Positions 44,770-55,220 of a DNA stretch of 64,000 nt are shown piece after piece. The stretch lies in the NCBI RefSeq assembly GCF_016903815.1, contig NZ_CP069973.1; one strand, given 5' to 3'. Made by a program: the position numbers and the translations under genes. This stretch comes from Escherichia coli (GTDB lineage Bacteria > Pseudomonadota > Gammaproteobacteria > Enterobacterales > Enterobacteriaceae). Below the pieces are notes generated by a model. The model was not told the DNA's origin. It did not search any database and worked only from the letters and a program-made list of their open reading frames with translations. How positions within the stretch are numbered: the first letter of the stretch is position 1; each line of letters starts with the position of its first letter.

Positions 44770-47700
44770 ATGAGCAAACAATCACAGCATGTATTAATTG
44801 CCCTGCCCCACCCGCTGCTTCACCTGGTCAGTTTAGGTTTAGTCTCGTTTATCTTTACCCTTTTCTCGCTTGAGCTTTCGCAGTTTGGCACCCAACTCGC
44901 CCCATTGTGGTTCCCGACGTCCATCATGATGGTGGCGTTTTATCGCCATGCCGGGCGCATGTGGCCGGGGATTGCGCTGAGCTGCTCGCTGGGAAATATC
45001 GCCGCATCCATCCTGCTTTTTTCCACCAGCTCGCTGAACATGACCTGGACGACCATCAATATTGTTGAAGCCGTGGTCGGGGCAGTGCTACTGCGTAAAT
45101 TGCTGCCGTGGTATAACCCATTGCAAAATCTGGCTGACTGGCTGCGTCTGGCACTCGGCAGCGCCATTGTTCCGCCTCTGTTGGGGGGTGTTCTGGTTGT
45201 CCTGCTGACGCCCGGAGACGATCCTCTCAGGGCATTTTTGATATGGGTACTTTCAGAATCCATCGGCGCACTGGCACTGGTGCCGCTGGGGTTGTTATTT
45301 AAACCACACTATCTGCTGCGCCATCGCAACCCACGGTTGCTTTTTGAGTCGCTGCTCACGTTAGCCATCACACTGACGTTAAGCTGGCTTTCGATGCTGT
45401 ATCTGCCGTGGCCTTTTACTTTCATTATTGTGCTGTTGATGTGGAGCGCCGTGCGCCTGCCACGAATGGAAGCCTTTTTGATCTTCCTTACCACGGTGAT
45501 GATGGTGTCACTGATGATGGCCGCTGATCCCTCCCTGCTTGCTACGCCGCGTACATACCTGATGAGCCATATGCCGTGGCTACCGTTTTTGCTGATCCTG
45601 CTGCCCGCCAACATCATGACCATGGTGATGTATGCCTTTCGTGCGGAACGCAAACACATTTCCGAAAGCGAAACCCGTTTTCGTAACGCGATGGAATATT
45701 CCGCCATCGGCATGGCATTAGTGGGCACCGAAGGGCAATGGCTGCAATCCAACAAAGCACTCTGCCAGTTTCTCGGTTACAGTCAGGAAGAACTGCGCGG
45801 ACTCACCTTTCAGCAACTGACCTGGCCGGAGGATCTCAATAAAGATCTGCAACAGGTTGAAAAGCTGATCAGCGGTGAAATAAACACCTATTCAATGGAA
45901 AAACGCTACTACAACCGCAATGGCGATGTTGTCTGGGCGTTGCTTGCCGTCTCACTGGTACGCCACACGGATGGCACGCCGCTCTATTTTATCGCTCAGA
46001 TTGAAGACATTAACGAGCTAAAACGCACCGAACAGGTGAATCAGCAACTGATGGAGCGCATCACGCTGGCTAACGAAGCGGGCGGGATTGGCATCTGGGA
46101 GTGGGAGCTAAAGCCGAATATTTTTAGCTGGGATAAGCGGATGTTCGAGCTGTATGAAATTCCTCCGCATATCAAACCGAACTGGCAGGTGTGGTACGAG
46201 TGCGTGCTGCCGGAAGATCGCCAGCACGCCGAAAAAGTGATTCGCGATTCATTGCAATCACGCTCTCCCTTTAAACTGGAATTTCGCATTACCGTGAAAG
46301 ACGGCATTCGCCATATCCGCGCCCTCGCTAACCGGGTACTGAATAAAGAAGGCGAAGTCGAACGCCTGCTCGGCATTAATATGGATATGACCGAAGTGAA
46401 ACAGCTTAACGAGGCATTGTTTCAGGAAAAAGAGCGCCTGCACATTACGCTGGACTCCATCGGTGAAGCCGTGGTCTGTATTGATATGGCGATGAAAATT
46501 ACCTTTATGAATCCGGTGGCGGAGAAGATGAGCGGCTGGACGCAGGAAGAAGCATTAGGTGTTCCGCTCCTGACGGTGTTGCATATTACTTTTGGCGACA
46601 ACGGACCATTAATGGAGAACATTTACAGTGCCGACACCTCACGTTCCGCGATTGAACAAGATGTGGTGTTGCACTGTCGGAGCGGCGGCAGCTACGACGT
46701 GCATTATAGTATTACGCCGTTAAGTACTCTGGACGGCAGCAATATAGGCTCGGTTCTGGTGATTCAGGACGTCACCGAATCACGCAAAATGCTGCGCCAG
46801 CTGAGCTACAGCGCCACCCATGATGCACTGACGCATCTCGCCAATCGCGCCAGTTTTGAGAAGCAACTGCGTATCCTGCTGCAAACGGTAAACAATACAC
46901 ATCAGCGACATGCACTGGTGTTTATCGATCTTGATCGCTTTAAAGCGGTGAATGACAGCGCCGGGCACGCCGCTGGCGACGCTTTGTTGCGCGAACTGGC
47001 GTCATTGATGCTGAGTATGCTGCGCTCCAGCGACGTGCTGGCGCGACTCGGTGGCGATGAATTTGGTCTGCTGCTGCCAGACTGTAATGTCGAAAGTGCG
47101 CGTTTTATCGCTACACGCATTATCAGCGCCGTTAATGACTATCACTTTATCTGGGAAGGACGAGTACATCGGGTAGGTGCCAGTGCCGGGATTACCTTGA
47201 TTGATGACAACAATCATCAGGCAGCTGAAGTGATGTCGCAGGCTGATATCGCCTGTTATGCCTCCAAAAATGGTGGACGGGGCCGGGTGACGATTTACGA
47301 ACCGCAGCAAGCTGCCACACATAGCGAACGGGCGGCGATATCGCTTGATGAACAGTGGCGGATGATTAAAGAAAATCAGTTGATGATGATCGCCCACGGT
47401 GTCGCTTCGCCGCGGATCCCGGAAGCACGTAATTTGTGGCTGATTTCACTTAAGCTCTGGAGTTGCGAAGGCGAGATTATTGATGAACAAACATTTCGTC
47501 GTAGCTTCAGCGATCCGGCACTTAGCCATGCTCTTGACCGACGGGTATTCCACGATTTTTTCCAGCAGGCCGCAAAAGCTATTGCCAGTAAAGGCTTAAG
47601 TATCGCCCTCCCCCTTTCCGTTGCCGGTTTGAGTAGCGCCACGCTGGTGAATGAACTAATTGAGCAGCTGGAAAATAGCCCTCTACCACCACGGTTATTA

Positions 47701-48087
47701 CATCTGATTATTCCGGCAGACGCGATTTTAGATCACGCAGAAAGCGTGCAAAAACTGCGGCTGGCGGGATGTCGGATCGTATTCAGTCAGGTGGGCCGCG
47801 ATCTGCAAATCTTCAACTCGCTGAAAGCAAATATGGCAGATTACCTGCTACTTGATGGTGAGTTATGCGCCAACGTGCAGGGAAATTTGATGGATGAGAT
47901 GCTGATTACGATCATTCAGGGGCACGCTCAGCGGCTCGGGATGAAGACCATCGCCGGGCCAGTAGTTTTACCCCTGGTGATGGATACGCTTTCTGGCATC
48001 GGCGTCGATCTGATTTATGGCGATGTGATTGCCGATGCCCAACCGCTGGATTTGCTGGTGAATAGCAGTTATTTCGCGATTAACTAA
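44770..48087 (+). CDS. dgcE: Diguanylate cyclase DgcE (MASE1-PAS-GGDEF-EAL-like)
   Basis: 1105 aa; N-terminal polytopic MASE1-like region, PAS repeats, GGDEF motif (RLGGDEFGLL), C-terminal EAL-like domain lacking an obvious EAL signature. Confidence 0.85.
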   Translation: MSKQSQHVLIALPHPLLHLVSLGLVSFIFTLFSLELSQFGTQLAPLWFPTSIMMVAFYRHAGRMWPGIALSCSLGNIAASILLFSTSSLNMTWTTINIVEAVVGAVLLRKLLPWYNPLQNLADWLRLALGSAIVPPLLGGVLVVLLTPGDDPLRAFLIWVLSESIGALALVPLGLLFKPHYLLRHRNPRLLFESLLTLAITLTLSWLSMLYLPWPFTFIIVLLMWSAVRLPRMEAFLIFLTTVMMVSLMMAADPSLLATPRTYLMSHMPWLPFLLILLPANIMTMVMYAFRAERKHISESETRFRNAMEYSAIGMALVGTEGQWLQSNKALCQFLGYSQEELRGLTFQQLTWPEDLNKDLQQVEKLISGEINTYSMEKRYYNRNGDVVWALLAVSLVRHTDGTPLYFIAQIEDINELKRTEQVNQQLMERITLANEAGGIGIWEWELKPNIFSWDKRMFELYEIPPHIKPNWQVWYECVLPEDRQHAEKVIRDSLQSRSPFKLEFRITVKDGIRHIRALANRVLNKEGEVERLLGINMDMTEVKQLNEALFQEKERLHITLDSIGEAVVCIDMAMKITFMNPVAEKMSGWTQEEALGVPLLTVLHITFGDNGPLMENIYSADTSRSAIEQDVVLHCRSGGSYDVHYSITPLSTLDGSNIGSVLVIQDVTESRKMLRQLSYSATHDALTHLANRASFEKQLRILLQTVNNTHQRHALVFIDLDRFKAVNDSAGHAAGDALLRELASLMLSMLRSSDVLARLGGDEFGLLLPDCNVESARFIATRIISAVNDYHFIWEGRVHRVGASAGITLIDDNNHQAAEVMSQADIACYASKNGGRGRVTIYEPQQAATHSERAAISLDEQWRMIKENQLMMIAHGVASPRIPEARNLWLISLKLWSCEGEIIDEQTFRRSFSDPALSHALDRRVFHDFFQQAAKAIASKGLSIALPLSVAGLSSATLVNELIEQLENSPLPPRLLHLIIPADAILDHAESVQKLRLAGCRIVFSQVGRDLQIFNSLKANMADYLLLDGELCANVQGNLMDEMLITIIQGHAQRLGMKTIAGPVVLPLVMDTLSGIGVDLIYGDVIADAQPLDLLVNSSYFAIN

Positions 48088-48124
48088 GGCGTGCTTCCCC
48101 ATCGCCTGATGCGGCGTATCAGGC

Positions 48125-48982
48125 CTACAATTCGTCCGTTCCGTCTGGTTGCCAGCCTTCCGTATACCAGATATGCAACAGCGCATAAGAACGCCAGGGC
48201 TTCCAGCGTTCGGCATAACGGCGGATTTGTGCCGGTGTCATTCCCGGAAATCGCTGTTTAATCAGATAATCATCCGGCAGGAAAACATCTTTCGCCTGCC
48301 AGCCACGTAAGGCGAAATAATTCGCCGTCCAGCGCCCGATACCCGGAAAAGTTTGCAGCATTTTCATCGCCTGCTCCACATCGCCCGGAATTGTCATTGA
48401 TAAGGTGCCCTCCAGCGCCGCATTTGCCAGATGAATCAGTGCCTCTGCCCGTTTCAACGGCATACCTAACGCTTTTAATGCCTGCGGGTCGGCTGCTGCC
48501 AGCCGCTGAGGCGTGGGGAAGCAGACATAATCCGGAAAATCATCCAGCCGTTCGCCATAAAGCTGTGCCACTCTGGCGGTCAATTTTGCCGCCATCGCCA
48601 CGCTCACCAGTTGGCCTAAAATCGCCCGCACGCCCTGCTCAAAAGCATCAACACAACCAGGTAAACGCAATCCGGGCCGCGCCGCGCCTAACTTGCCCAA
48701 CGCACCGTTAACAATCTGCGGGTTACATTGCAGATCAAACAGGCGGCTCATTTTCGCCAGACACTCTGCGGCAACAGGTTCTAAACCTGCACTTAAATTT
48801 ATGTGCAGAGTATGGCGGGCTATATCCGGAATAGCAGTCACCACGCCGCGACATTCGCCCACCGCCAGACTACGGGCATAATAATCGTCAGCGACCGTTT
48901 CCACACCGTTCACCGCACGGGCGGCGAGAAATCCCAACATCCACGACCAGTCATACGGCGGCTGCCAGTTCAAGGTATACAT
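48125..48982 (-). CDS. alkA: DNA-3-methyladenine glycosylase II
   Basis: 285 aa; MYTLNWQPPYDWSWMLGFLAARAV matches AlkA; HhH-GPD fold. Confidence 0.9.
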   Translation of the reverse strand: MYTLNWQPPYDWSWMLGFLAARAVNGVETVADDYYARSLAVGECRGVVTAIPDIARHTLHINLSAGLEPVAAECLAKMSRLFDLQCNPQIVNGALGKLGAARPGLRLPGCVDAFEQGVRAILGQLVSVAMAAKLTARVAQLYGERLDDFPDYVCFPTPQRLAAADPQALKALGMPLKRAEALIHLANAALEGTLSMTIPGDVEQAMKMLQTFPGIGRWTANYFALRGWQAKDVFLPDDYLIKQRFPGMTPAQIRRYAERWKPWRSYALLHIWYTEGWQPDGTDEL

Positions 48983-49115
48983 CGCATCTCCTTGTTAATC
49001 CGCTTTCAGCATAAACGTTATTCAGACGCTACGCTTTGCTTTCATATTCCGGTTGTCGCGACGGCAACATTTCGCTAAAGTCACGCCCCTTCTTCACCGG
49101 CATGGGGATTATTTC

Positions 49116-50468
49116 GTGTTTATTGGTTTTGATTACGGTACAGCAAACTGTTCAGTGGCGGTCATGCGCGACGGTAAGCCGCAATTACTGAAAATGGAAA
49201 ACGACAGCACGCTGCTGCCTTCAATGCTTTGCGCGCCAACGCGTGAAGCGGTAAGCGAATGGCTGTACCGCCATCATGATGTTCCGGCAGACGACGATGA
49301 AACGCAGGCGCTGTTGCGTCGGGCGATTCGTTATAACCGCGAAGAAGATATCGATGTTACGGCGAAAAGCGTGCAGTTCGGTCTTTCCTCACTGGCACAG
49401 TACATTGATGATCCAGAAGAAGTGTGGTTTGTGAAATCACCAAAATCGTTCCTCGGTGCCAGCGGCTTAAAACCGCAGCAGGTAGCGCTGTTTGAGGATC
49501 TGGTCTGCGCAATGATGTTGCACATTCGCCAGCAGGCGCAGGCACAGCTGCCAGAAGCGATTACTCAGGCGGTGATTGGTCGCCCTATCAACTTCCAGGG
49601 GCTGGGCGGCGATGAAGCAAACACCCAGGCGCAGGGGATTCTGGAACGCGCGGCGAAGCGTGCCGGGTTTAAGGATGTGGTATTCCAGTACGAGCCGGTC
49701 GCGGCTGGGCTGGATTACGAAGCCACCTTGCAGGAAGAAAAACGGGTGCTGGTGGTGGATATCGGCGGTGGTACGACTGACTGTTCATTGCTGCTGATGG
49801 GGCCGCAGTGGCGTTCGCGTCTCGATCGTGAAGCCAGCCTGCTGGGTCACAGTGGTTGCCGTATTGGCGGTAACGATCTGGATATCGCACTGGCGTTTAA
49901 AAACCTGATGCCGTTACTGGGCATGGGTGGCGAAACCGAAAAAGGCATCGCCCTGCCGATTCTGCCGTGGTGGAATGCGGTTGCCATCAACGACGTACCT
50001 GCGCAAAGTGATTTCTACAGTAGTGCCAACGGTCGTCTGCTTAACGATCTGGTACGCGATGCCCGCGAACCGGAAAAAGTGGCCCTGTTACAGAAAGTCT
50101 GGCGTCAGCGTTTAAGCTATCGCCTGGTACGTAGCGCAGAAGAGAGCAAAATTGCGCTTTCAAGCGTAGCGGAAACCCGCGCCTCACTGCCGTTTATCAG
50201 CGATGAACTGGCTACGCTGATTAGCCAGCAAGGGCTGGAAAGCGCCCTCAACCAGCCACTGGCGCGGATTCTGGAACAGGTGCAACTGGCGCTGGATAAC
50301 GCCCAAGAAAAACCGGATGTTATCTATCTGACCGGCGGTAGCGCCCGTTCACCGCTGATTAAAAAAGCGCTGACAGAACAGTTGCCGGGCATTCCGATTG
50401 CAGGTGGCGATGACTTTGGCTCCGTCACCGCCGGGCTGGCACGCTGGGCGGAAGTGGTGTTTCGTTAA
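49116..50468 (+). CDS. yegD: Hsp70-family (actin-like ATPase) protein YegD
   Basis: Start trimmed to the GTG giving (M)FIGFDYGTANCSVAVM (450 aa); DnaK-like phosphate-1 motif. Confidence 0.8.
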   Translation: MFIGFDYGTANCSVAVMRDGKPQLLKMENDSTLLPSMLCAPTREAVSEWLYRHHDVPADDDETQALLRRAIRYNREEDIDVTAKSVQFGLSSLAQYIDDPEEVWFVKSPKSFLGASGLKPQQVALFEDLVCAMMLHIRQQAQAQLPEAITQAVIGRPINFQGLGGDEANTQAQGILERAAKRAGFKDVVFQYEPVAAGLDYEATLQEEKRVLVVDIGGGTTDCSLLLMGPQWRSRLDREASLLGHSGCRIGGNDLDIALAFKNLMPLLGMGGETEKGIALPILPWWNAVAINDVPAQSDFYSSANGRLLNDLVRDAREPEKVALLQKVWRQRLSYRLVRSAEESKIALSSVAETRASLPFISDELATLISQQGLESALNQPLARILEQVQLALDNAQEKPDVIYLTGGSARSPLIKKALTEQLPGIPIAGGDDFGSVTAGLARWAEVVFR

Positions 50469-50480
50469 TTGAAAACTGGC

Positions 50481-52421
50481 TCAGCAACGGCTTAAATCAG
50501 CCTGCGCCTGAGCCAGTTTTTCTGCCGCCTGACGTAACGGTTCCATCAACGGCATGGTCCGTGCTGGAGCATGAAGGCGGAATCGCTGCAACTCTGTCGC
50601 ACCGACAGTCAGCGCCGATTCCAGCCGATGTCGTTTGGCGGCCATTTTTGCCATTACCGCTTGTCTGTCTGCAGGCGTTACCGCTTCGTTCGGCCTGAAA
50701 ACAAAACGGCGTTCGCAACTCGCTTTCCAGTCGATAACCGCCTGGGTCAGATGATCACCAAAACCTTTCACTTGCTTAACGCTCCGTCGGGTAACGTCTG
50801 CCGCCGTTTCAATACCAAAGGACCGTAACGCCGCTTTACGCGCAGGGCCAACGCCGGGAATAGAGGCAACATCAATAAAAAATCCCTCCAGAAACTTCTG
50901 CTTCTGCCGTTCCCTTGCGGTGTCCTGAAGTGCTGCCAGAGCGCGTTTCTCTTCTTCCGGTAACCCGAGAATTTCGTCCTTCATTTTTTCGAGCATCGCC
51001 CGTTTGGCGATAAAACCTTCCAGCCCGCCCAACTGTTGGATCTGGCTGACTAAATGGTCATAGTCCATTTTCGCGCGATTAAATGCCTCACGGCGTTGCT
51101 GGATTTCTGCTTTATAAGCTTTGCTTGTCAGACTGCCAATAATCCAGATAGCCGCCAGCACAGGAACCAAAATGATATAACGCGGTTCTGCCTGAAGGCC
51201 GCAAAGCAACAGCGATAACGCTGACAGTGCGATCTCAATCAGAATGATGTATTCGCGCCGTAACAGGCCTAAAGGAAGCGGCCTGCCAGCAGCCTGGAAA
51301 TGATCGGGTAATGGCAATTGCAATGCTGGCGGTGCTACTGACGCCATCACCATCGCCCAGACTTTCGCCAGCACAAAATCACCGCTGGTGGTAATGACCT
51401 CTTCGCCGAGATCAATAAAATAGATAACGCCTTGATTATCCAGCGCACACCACGGGCAGTCAGTCAAATGACCGGGGTAAACATGCATTGCCGAAACGGT
51501 ACATTTCTTTAACTGTTGGCGTAGTAAATCAAGTGCCGCTACCCACGCTTTTGCCGTCGGACGCCCGGTTGCCACGCCACTTTCCGTGAATGCCTGCTGA
51601 AACATGGCTTCAACATCACCCGGTAACATCGACAGCGGAATAGATCGTGGCGGCGGTTTTAAACCACGTCGCTGATTATCTGACGCGTAGGCATAACGGA
51701 AATGGGCAATATCCGTCTCCAGTGCATTACCCGCATCAGAGATAAGCGGTACACCGGAATAAGGATGCCGCCCACCAAACAAGACGTGAAAAATCAGCAA
51801 CGCAAGGCCAAAATTATCGTGATTCGCGGTGCGTTCAAAGCCGACAAATGATGGCAAGGTTTGTAGCTCTGGCGGCGTAAAATGCGACACGCCGACTTCG
51901 CATAAATGCAGTGTGCCATTGGCGTTAATCTGAAAGGAGTCGCTATCAATCAACACCACTTTGCTGTCACGGCCTACCATAAAGCTGTTCTGGTTTACGT
52001 CACCCACGACGTGCTCGTGAACCGTAGCAAAAGATGAAGCAATATTGCGTGCAACATAGAGTAGAAAATCCCACGCACAATGAGGGTAACGTTGACGACG
52101 ATGTGCCGGGCTATAGATCATATGAATCGGTTCTTTACCAGAAACTTTTGGCATCATAAAACCGATAACCTTTCCGCCTCGTCCACCGTGAAGCGTTGCC
52201 TGCGGCCAGGCGACATAATTCAGCAACTGTGCGTCAGCTGTCGCAGCCATAAAGGCAAGTTTGTCCTGTTTTAAGGCGGGTGGCGGCGTGTGATAAATCT
52301 TGGCGACGCTATCGACAAACTCCTCGATATCATAAACCGCACCTTCACCACCTTTGCCCAGTTCACGCCCGAGAGTGGTCAATTCATCTGTCGATGTAAA
52401 TACTTTTATATTTTTCTTCAT
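50481..52421 (-). CDS. yegI: Hanks-type protein kinase-like membrane protein with C-terminal HhH-like motifs
   Basis: 646 aa; N-terminal kinase-like domain with atypical motifs, two hydrophobic helices (about aa 385-430), coiled-coil, and a C-terminal IPGVGPARKAALRSFGIETAADV helix-hairpin-helix-like motif. Confidence 0.8.
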   Translation of the reverse strand: MKKNIKVFTSTDELTTLGRELGKGGEGAVYDIEEFVDSVAKIYHTPPPALKQDKLAFMAATADAQLLNYVAWPQATLHGGRGGKVIGFMMPKVSGKEPIHMIYSPAHRRQRYPHCAWDFLLYVARNIASSFATVHEHVVGDVNQNSFMVGRDSKVVLIDSDSFQINANGTLHLCEVGVSHFTPPELQTLPSFVGFERTANHDNFGLALLIFHVLFGGRHPYSGVPLISDAGNALETDIAHFRYAYASDNQRRGLKPPPRSIPLSMLPGDVEAMFQQAFTESGVATGRPTAKAWVAALDLLRQQLKKCTVSAMHVYPGHLTDCPWCALDNQGVIYFIDLGEEVITTSGDFVLAKVWAMVMASVAPPALQLPLPDHFQAAGRPLPLGLLRREYIILIEIALSALSLLLCGLQAEPRYIILVPVLAAIWIIGSLTSKAYKAEIQQRREAFNRAKMDYDHLVSQIQQLGGLEGFIAKRAMLEKMKDEILGLPEEEKRALAALQDTARERQKQKFLEGFFIDVASIPGVGPARKAALRSFGIETAADVTRRSVKQVKGFGDHLTQAVIDWKASCERRFVFRPNEAVTPADRQAVMAKMAAKRHRLESALTVGATELQRFRLHAPARTMPLMEPLRQAAEKLAQAQADLSRC

Positions 52422-52618
52422 AATGTTTCAAGGGCAGTCATATTATATTTCAATGAATAATAACACTGCCCATTATAATTATTTCTATATGGGAAGAGTC
52501 CACTCAAGAATAAAAATGATAATGTAATTTCATCAGGATACAATTCAATTCCAACCTGATAATGATTAACTTCCACAGGTTTTGCTAACTTTTACTACAC
52601 AGAGATTCTGGAGAAAAA

Positions 52619-53080
52619 ATGAAAAAGATATTACTTATGTTGAGTCTGCTATTTTTTACTACCGCGGGCTTTAGTGAAGTTTCGGATACGTTAGTGACGG
52701 GAGGTTATGATAAACAAGCGATGTCTGACGCCATTCAACATGCGCGGAAAGAAACTGATAAATTCATCGAGGTTATGAATAAAAAAGATGCCGATACTTT
52801 CGCGGTCAAAGCCCCGATAACCGATCACGGAAGAACAGAGCATTTCTGGCTTACGGATGTCACTTATTCTAACGGCATGTTTATTGGCGTAATAAGCAAT
52901 GACCCTGGTATTGTTACAAACGTAGAATATGGTCAGGAGTGGAAAATCAAGAAAGAAGATATTTCAGACTGGATGTATACGCGCGGGGATAAAATTTACG
53001 GCGGTTATACCATTGATCCTTTATTGGTCACCTATCCAAAAGAAGAAGCCGACGAGCTAAGAGCAAAATTAGTTCGCTAA
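52619..53080 (+). CDS. yegJ: Secreted DUF2314-like protein YegJ
   Basis: 153 aa with a signal peptide (MKKILLMLSLLFFTTAGFS); divergent from yegI. Confidence 0.75.
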   Translation: MKKILLMLSLLFFTTAGFSEVSDTLVTGGYDKQAMSDAIQHARKETDKFIEVMNKKDADTFAVKAPITDHGRTEHFWLTDVTYSNGMFIGVISNDPGIVTNVEYGQEWKIKKEDISDWMYTRGDKIYGGYTIDPLLVTYPKEEADELRAKLVR

Positions 53081-53144
53081 CCAGCCATTATATTAATTGC
53101 TTAAACTGGCGGTTGAACTGTTGTCTTCAACCGCCATGCGATGT

Positions 53145-53906
53145 TCATTCTGTCCACAGCGCCAGTGCCAACGTTTTATCATCATCGGTACGCTCGTTTA
53201 CCGCCGGGCCGGACAAAAACTGCTTTAACAATTCAGGTAATAAATCGAGTTGTTCCTGCGTTGCTGACGCCAGCCCATTGAAAAACGGGGTAAAGAAAGG
53301 CACATGGGGAGAATTATCCAGCATATTTAACGCCAGCCGCTGGATACCATCCGTAAATGCTGCAACTTTGTGCGCACGCTCAGTGCTGGTGAAAGTTTCC
53401 AGTCTGGAAACCGCATCTTCATCGGTAATGAAGTGCGTCATGTTGGCATATTCACCCACCATCGGCGTGAGCGGCAGTTGCAGACCGTGCCCCAAATCTA
53501 CCACCATGCCGCCATCGCCAATCTGCATAATCAAGGTGCCGTCAGGCGATGAAATCAGTCCCAGAAATGTGCAGGCAAAATCGCGAACCTCTAATTCTTT
53601 TGCCTCTGCCTCGGCAAAAAGTCGCTGACGAATGGTCAGCACAATATCCGTGGCGAGGACATCATTAAGCCCCAATTCCCCGCCCTGCACTTTTTGCGAC
53701 ATATAAGCCATCGCTTCATTGACGGCGAGCATCGCGCCTTCGCCACCCTGCGAGACACTGCCTGCGCCATCAGCGACAAATACCGACAATAATGGCTGCT
53801 GGTCATTTAACCAGGCAACCTGCATCTGGCAGGCATCCTGGCAAGGCAAGTCCGCGCTGATGTGCGACGTTCCAACGGTTGATGCATAGACCAGACGCCA
53901 GCTCAC
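53145..53906 (-). CDS. pphC: PP2C-family Ser/Thr protein phosphatase
   Basis: 253 aa (yegK); PP2C-like metal-binding Asp motifs (VADGAGS, DGGM); overlaps yegL by 4 nt. Confidence 0.8.
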   Translation of the reverse strand: MSWRLVYASTVGTSHISADLPCQDACQMQVAWLNDQQPLLSVFVADGAGSVSQGGEGAMLAVNEAMAYMSQKVQGGELGLNDVLATDIVLTIRQRLFAEAEAKELEVRDFACTFLGLISSPDGTLIMQIGDGGMVVDLGHGLQLPLTPMVGEYANMTHFITDEDAVSRLETFTSTERAHKVAAFTDGIQRLALNMLDNSPHVPFFTPFFNGLASATQEQLDLLPELLKQFLSGPAVNERTDDDKTLALALWTE

Positions 53907-54562
53907 ACTGACGTCCAGCCTTTTGGCGCTTCCAGCACAACTTCCGTTCCCGGCGTGGAGTGGGAAACCGAACGCAGCGAACTGGATAACCAGCTAAACA
54001 GTTCACGGAATTGTAATCCCTGCAGTGGCAAAGGCTGACGAACGCTGATTTGTGCCAAAGTCTTCATATCCGCCCCCTGAACACCGATGGAAAAGAAGGC
54101 AAACTTCTTATCTTCTTCCCCCTGAAACACTTTGTTGGCGGCAGCCTGCCACTCATCGGTTGGAGCGCCATCGGTGATCAGGAAAATCCACGGGCGATAA
54201 TAGGAAATACCATTGGCGCGATACTCACGTTTGCGCTCCTCAACCATATCCAGGGCTTTGGTAATGGCGGCCCCCATTGGTGTATCGCCCTGGGCAAACA
54301 GGATGGGCGGGAAAAAATTAGCGGCGCTGGTAAAGGGTTGTTCCACATGCACCGGGCCGAACGTCACAATACCGAGTTCCACTCTTTTTAAGGCCAGCGA
54401 ATCGGCAAGCAGCTCATCGCGAAAGGTAACCAATCCGGCGTTAAGTTCATTAATGGGTCTACCGTTCATAGAACCAGAAACATCCAGCAGCAAAATGCAG
54501 GGGCAACGTGGTTCCGGGTTACTGGCAAAATCGCTGGTGGCAAACGTGATTTGTTCGCTCAT
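53903..54562 (-). CDS. yegL: von Willebrand factor A domain protein (TerY-like)
   Basis: 219 aa; MIDAS motif DVSGSM plus downstream Thr/Asp residues of the vWA fold. Confidence 0.8.
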   Translation of the reverse strand: MSEQITFATSDFASNPEPRCPCILLLDVSGSMNGRPINELNAGLVTFRDELLADSLALKRVELGIVTFGPVHVEQPFTSAANFFPPILFAQGDTPMGAAITKALDMVEERKREYRANGISYYRPWIFLITDGAPTDEWQAAANKVFQGEEDKKFAFFSIGVQGADMKTLAQISVRQPLPLQGLQFRELFSWLSSSLRSVSHSTPGTEVVLEAPKGWTSV

Positions 54563-54739
54563 AAGAAATCCTTTCTTAGAGAATTATTGAGGTCCGGTAT
54601 CATACCGACTGCAACAATGAAATATGAGCAGGCAAAGCAACTTTCAGAATTAGGCCCGGCGGCGCAGAAAATTTTGCTATTCGCCTCGCAAGAACGGAGA
54701 GCCGTCGATTGACACTAAGGGCGGAGTGACATAATTTCA

Positions 54740-54885
54740 GGAGTGAGGGTTAGGGAGAGGTTTCCCCCTCCCCCTGGTGTTCTTAGTAAGCCTGGAAGCT
54801 AATCACTAAGAGTATCACCAGTATGATGACGTGCTTCATCATAACCCTTTCCTTATTAAAAGCCCTCTTCTCCGGGAGAGGGTTT
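54740..54885 (+). ncRNA. sibA: Sib antisense sRNA, copy 1 (antitoxin of ibsA); ends approximate
   Basis: Plus-strand promoter-like TTGACA (54709..54714) and CATAAT-like -10, transcript fully antisense to the ibsA ORF, hairpin ccctcttctccgggagaggg at 54863..54882. Confidence 0.55.
54783..54842 (-). CDS. ibsA: Type I toxin IbsA (19-aa hydrophobic peptide)
   Basis: Reverse complement translates MMKHVIILVILLVISFQAY-stop, identical to my recollection of IbsA. Confidence 0.8.
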   Translation of the reverse strand: MMKHVIILVILLVISFQAY

Positions 54886-55077
54886 CCCGTTTCAGCGTCC
54901 CGCTGAAATCGTCGGCTTACCTCCTTTCGCCCTGAATGCAGTCTATCGCTAACGCGTGAACAAAATAGTTTCCTCTGTGATTATTGCGTAACGACTCGCA
55001 AAGAATATTTGCTGGCAGGATCGCAGACTGCAAAGCCTGCAGATTGACAATCTTATCGTGAAGGCATAATTTCAGGA

Positions 55078-55220
55078 GTGAGGGTAGAGCGGGGTTTCCC
55101 CCGCCCTGGTAGTCTTAGTAAGCGGGGAAGCTTATGACTAAGAGCACCACGATGATGAGTAGCTTCATCATGACCCTTTCCTTATTTAAGGCCCCTTCCT
55201 CGGGAGGGGCTTTCCCGTTT
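55078..55220 (+). ncRNA. sibB: Sib antisense sRNA, copy 2; ends approximate
   Basis: Second repeat unit with TTGACA at 55044..55049 and a CATAAT -10; antisense to ibsB. Confidence 0.55.
55114..55170 (-). CDS. ibsB: Type I toxin IbsB (18-aa hydrophobic peptide)
   Basis: Reverse complement translates MMKLLIIVVLLVISFPAY-stop. Confidence 0.8.

Noticed and set aside
48104-48129. Short palindrome gcctgatgcggcgtatcaggcctaca overlapping the 3' end of alkA
   Set aside because: Probably a single REP-like half-site or terminator remnant; too short to call confidently.
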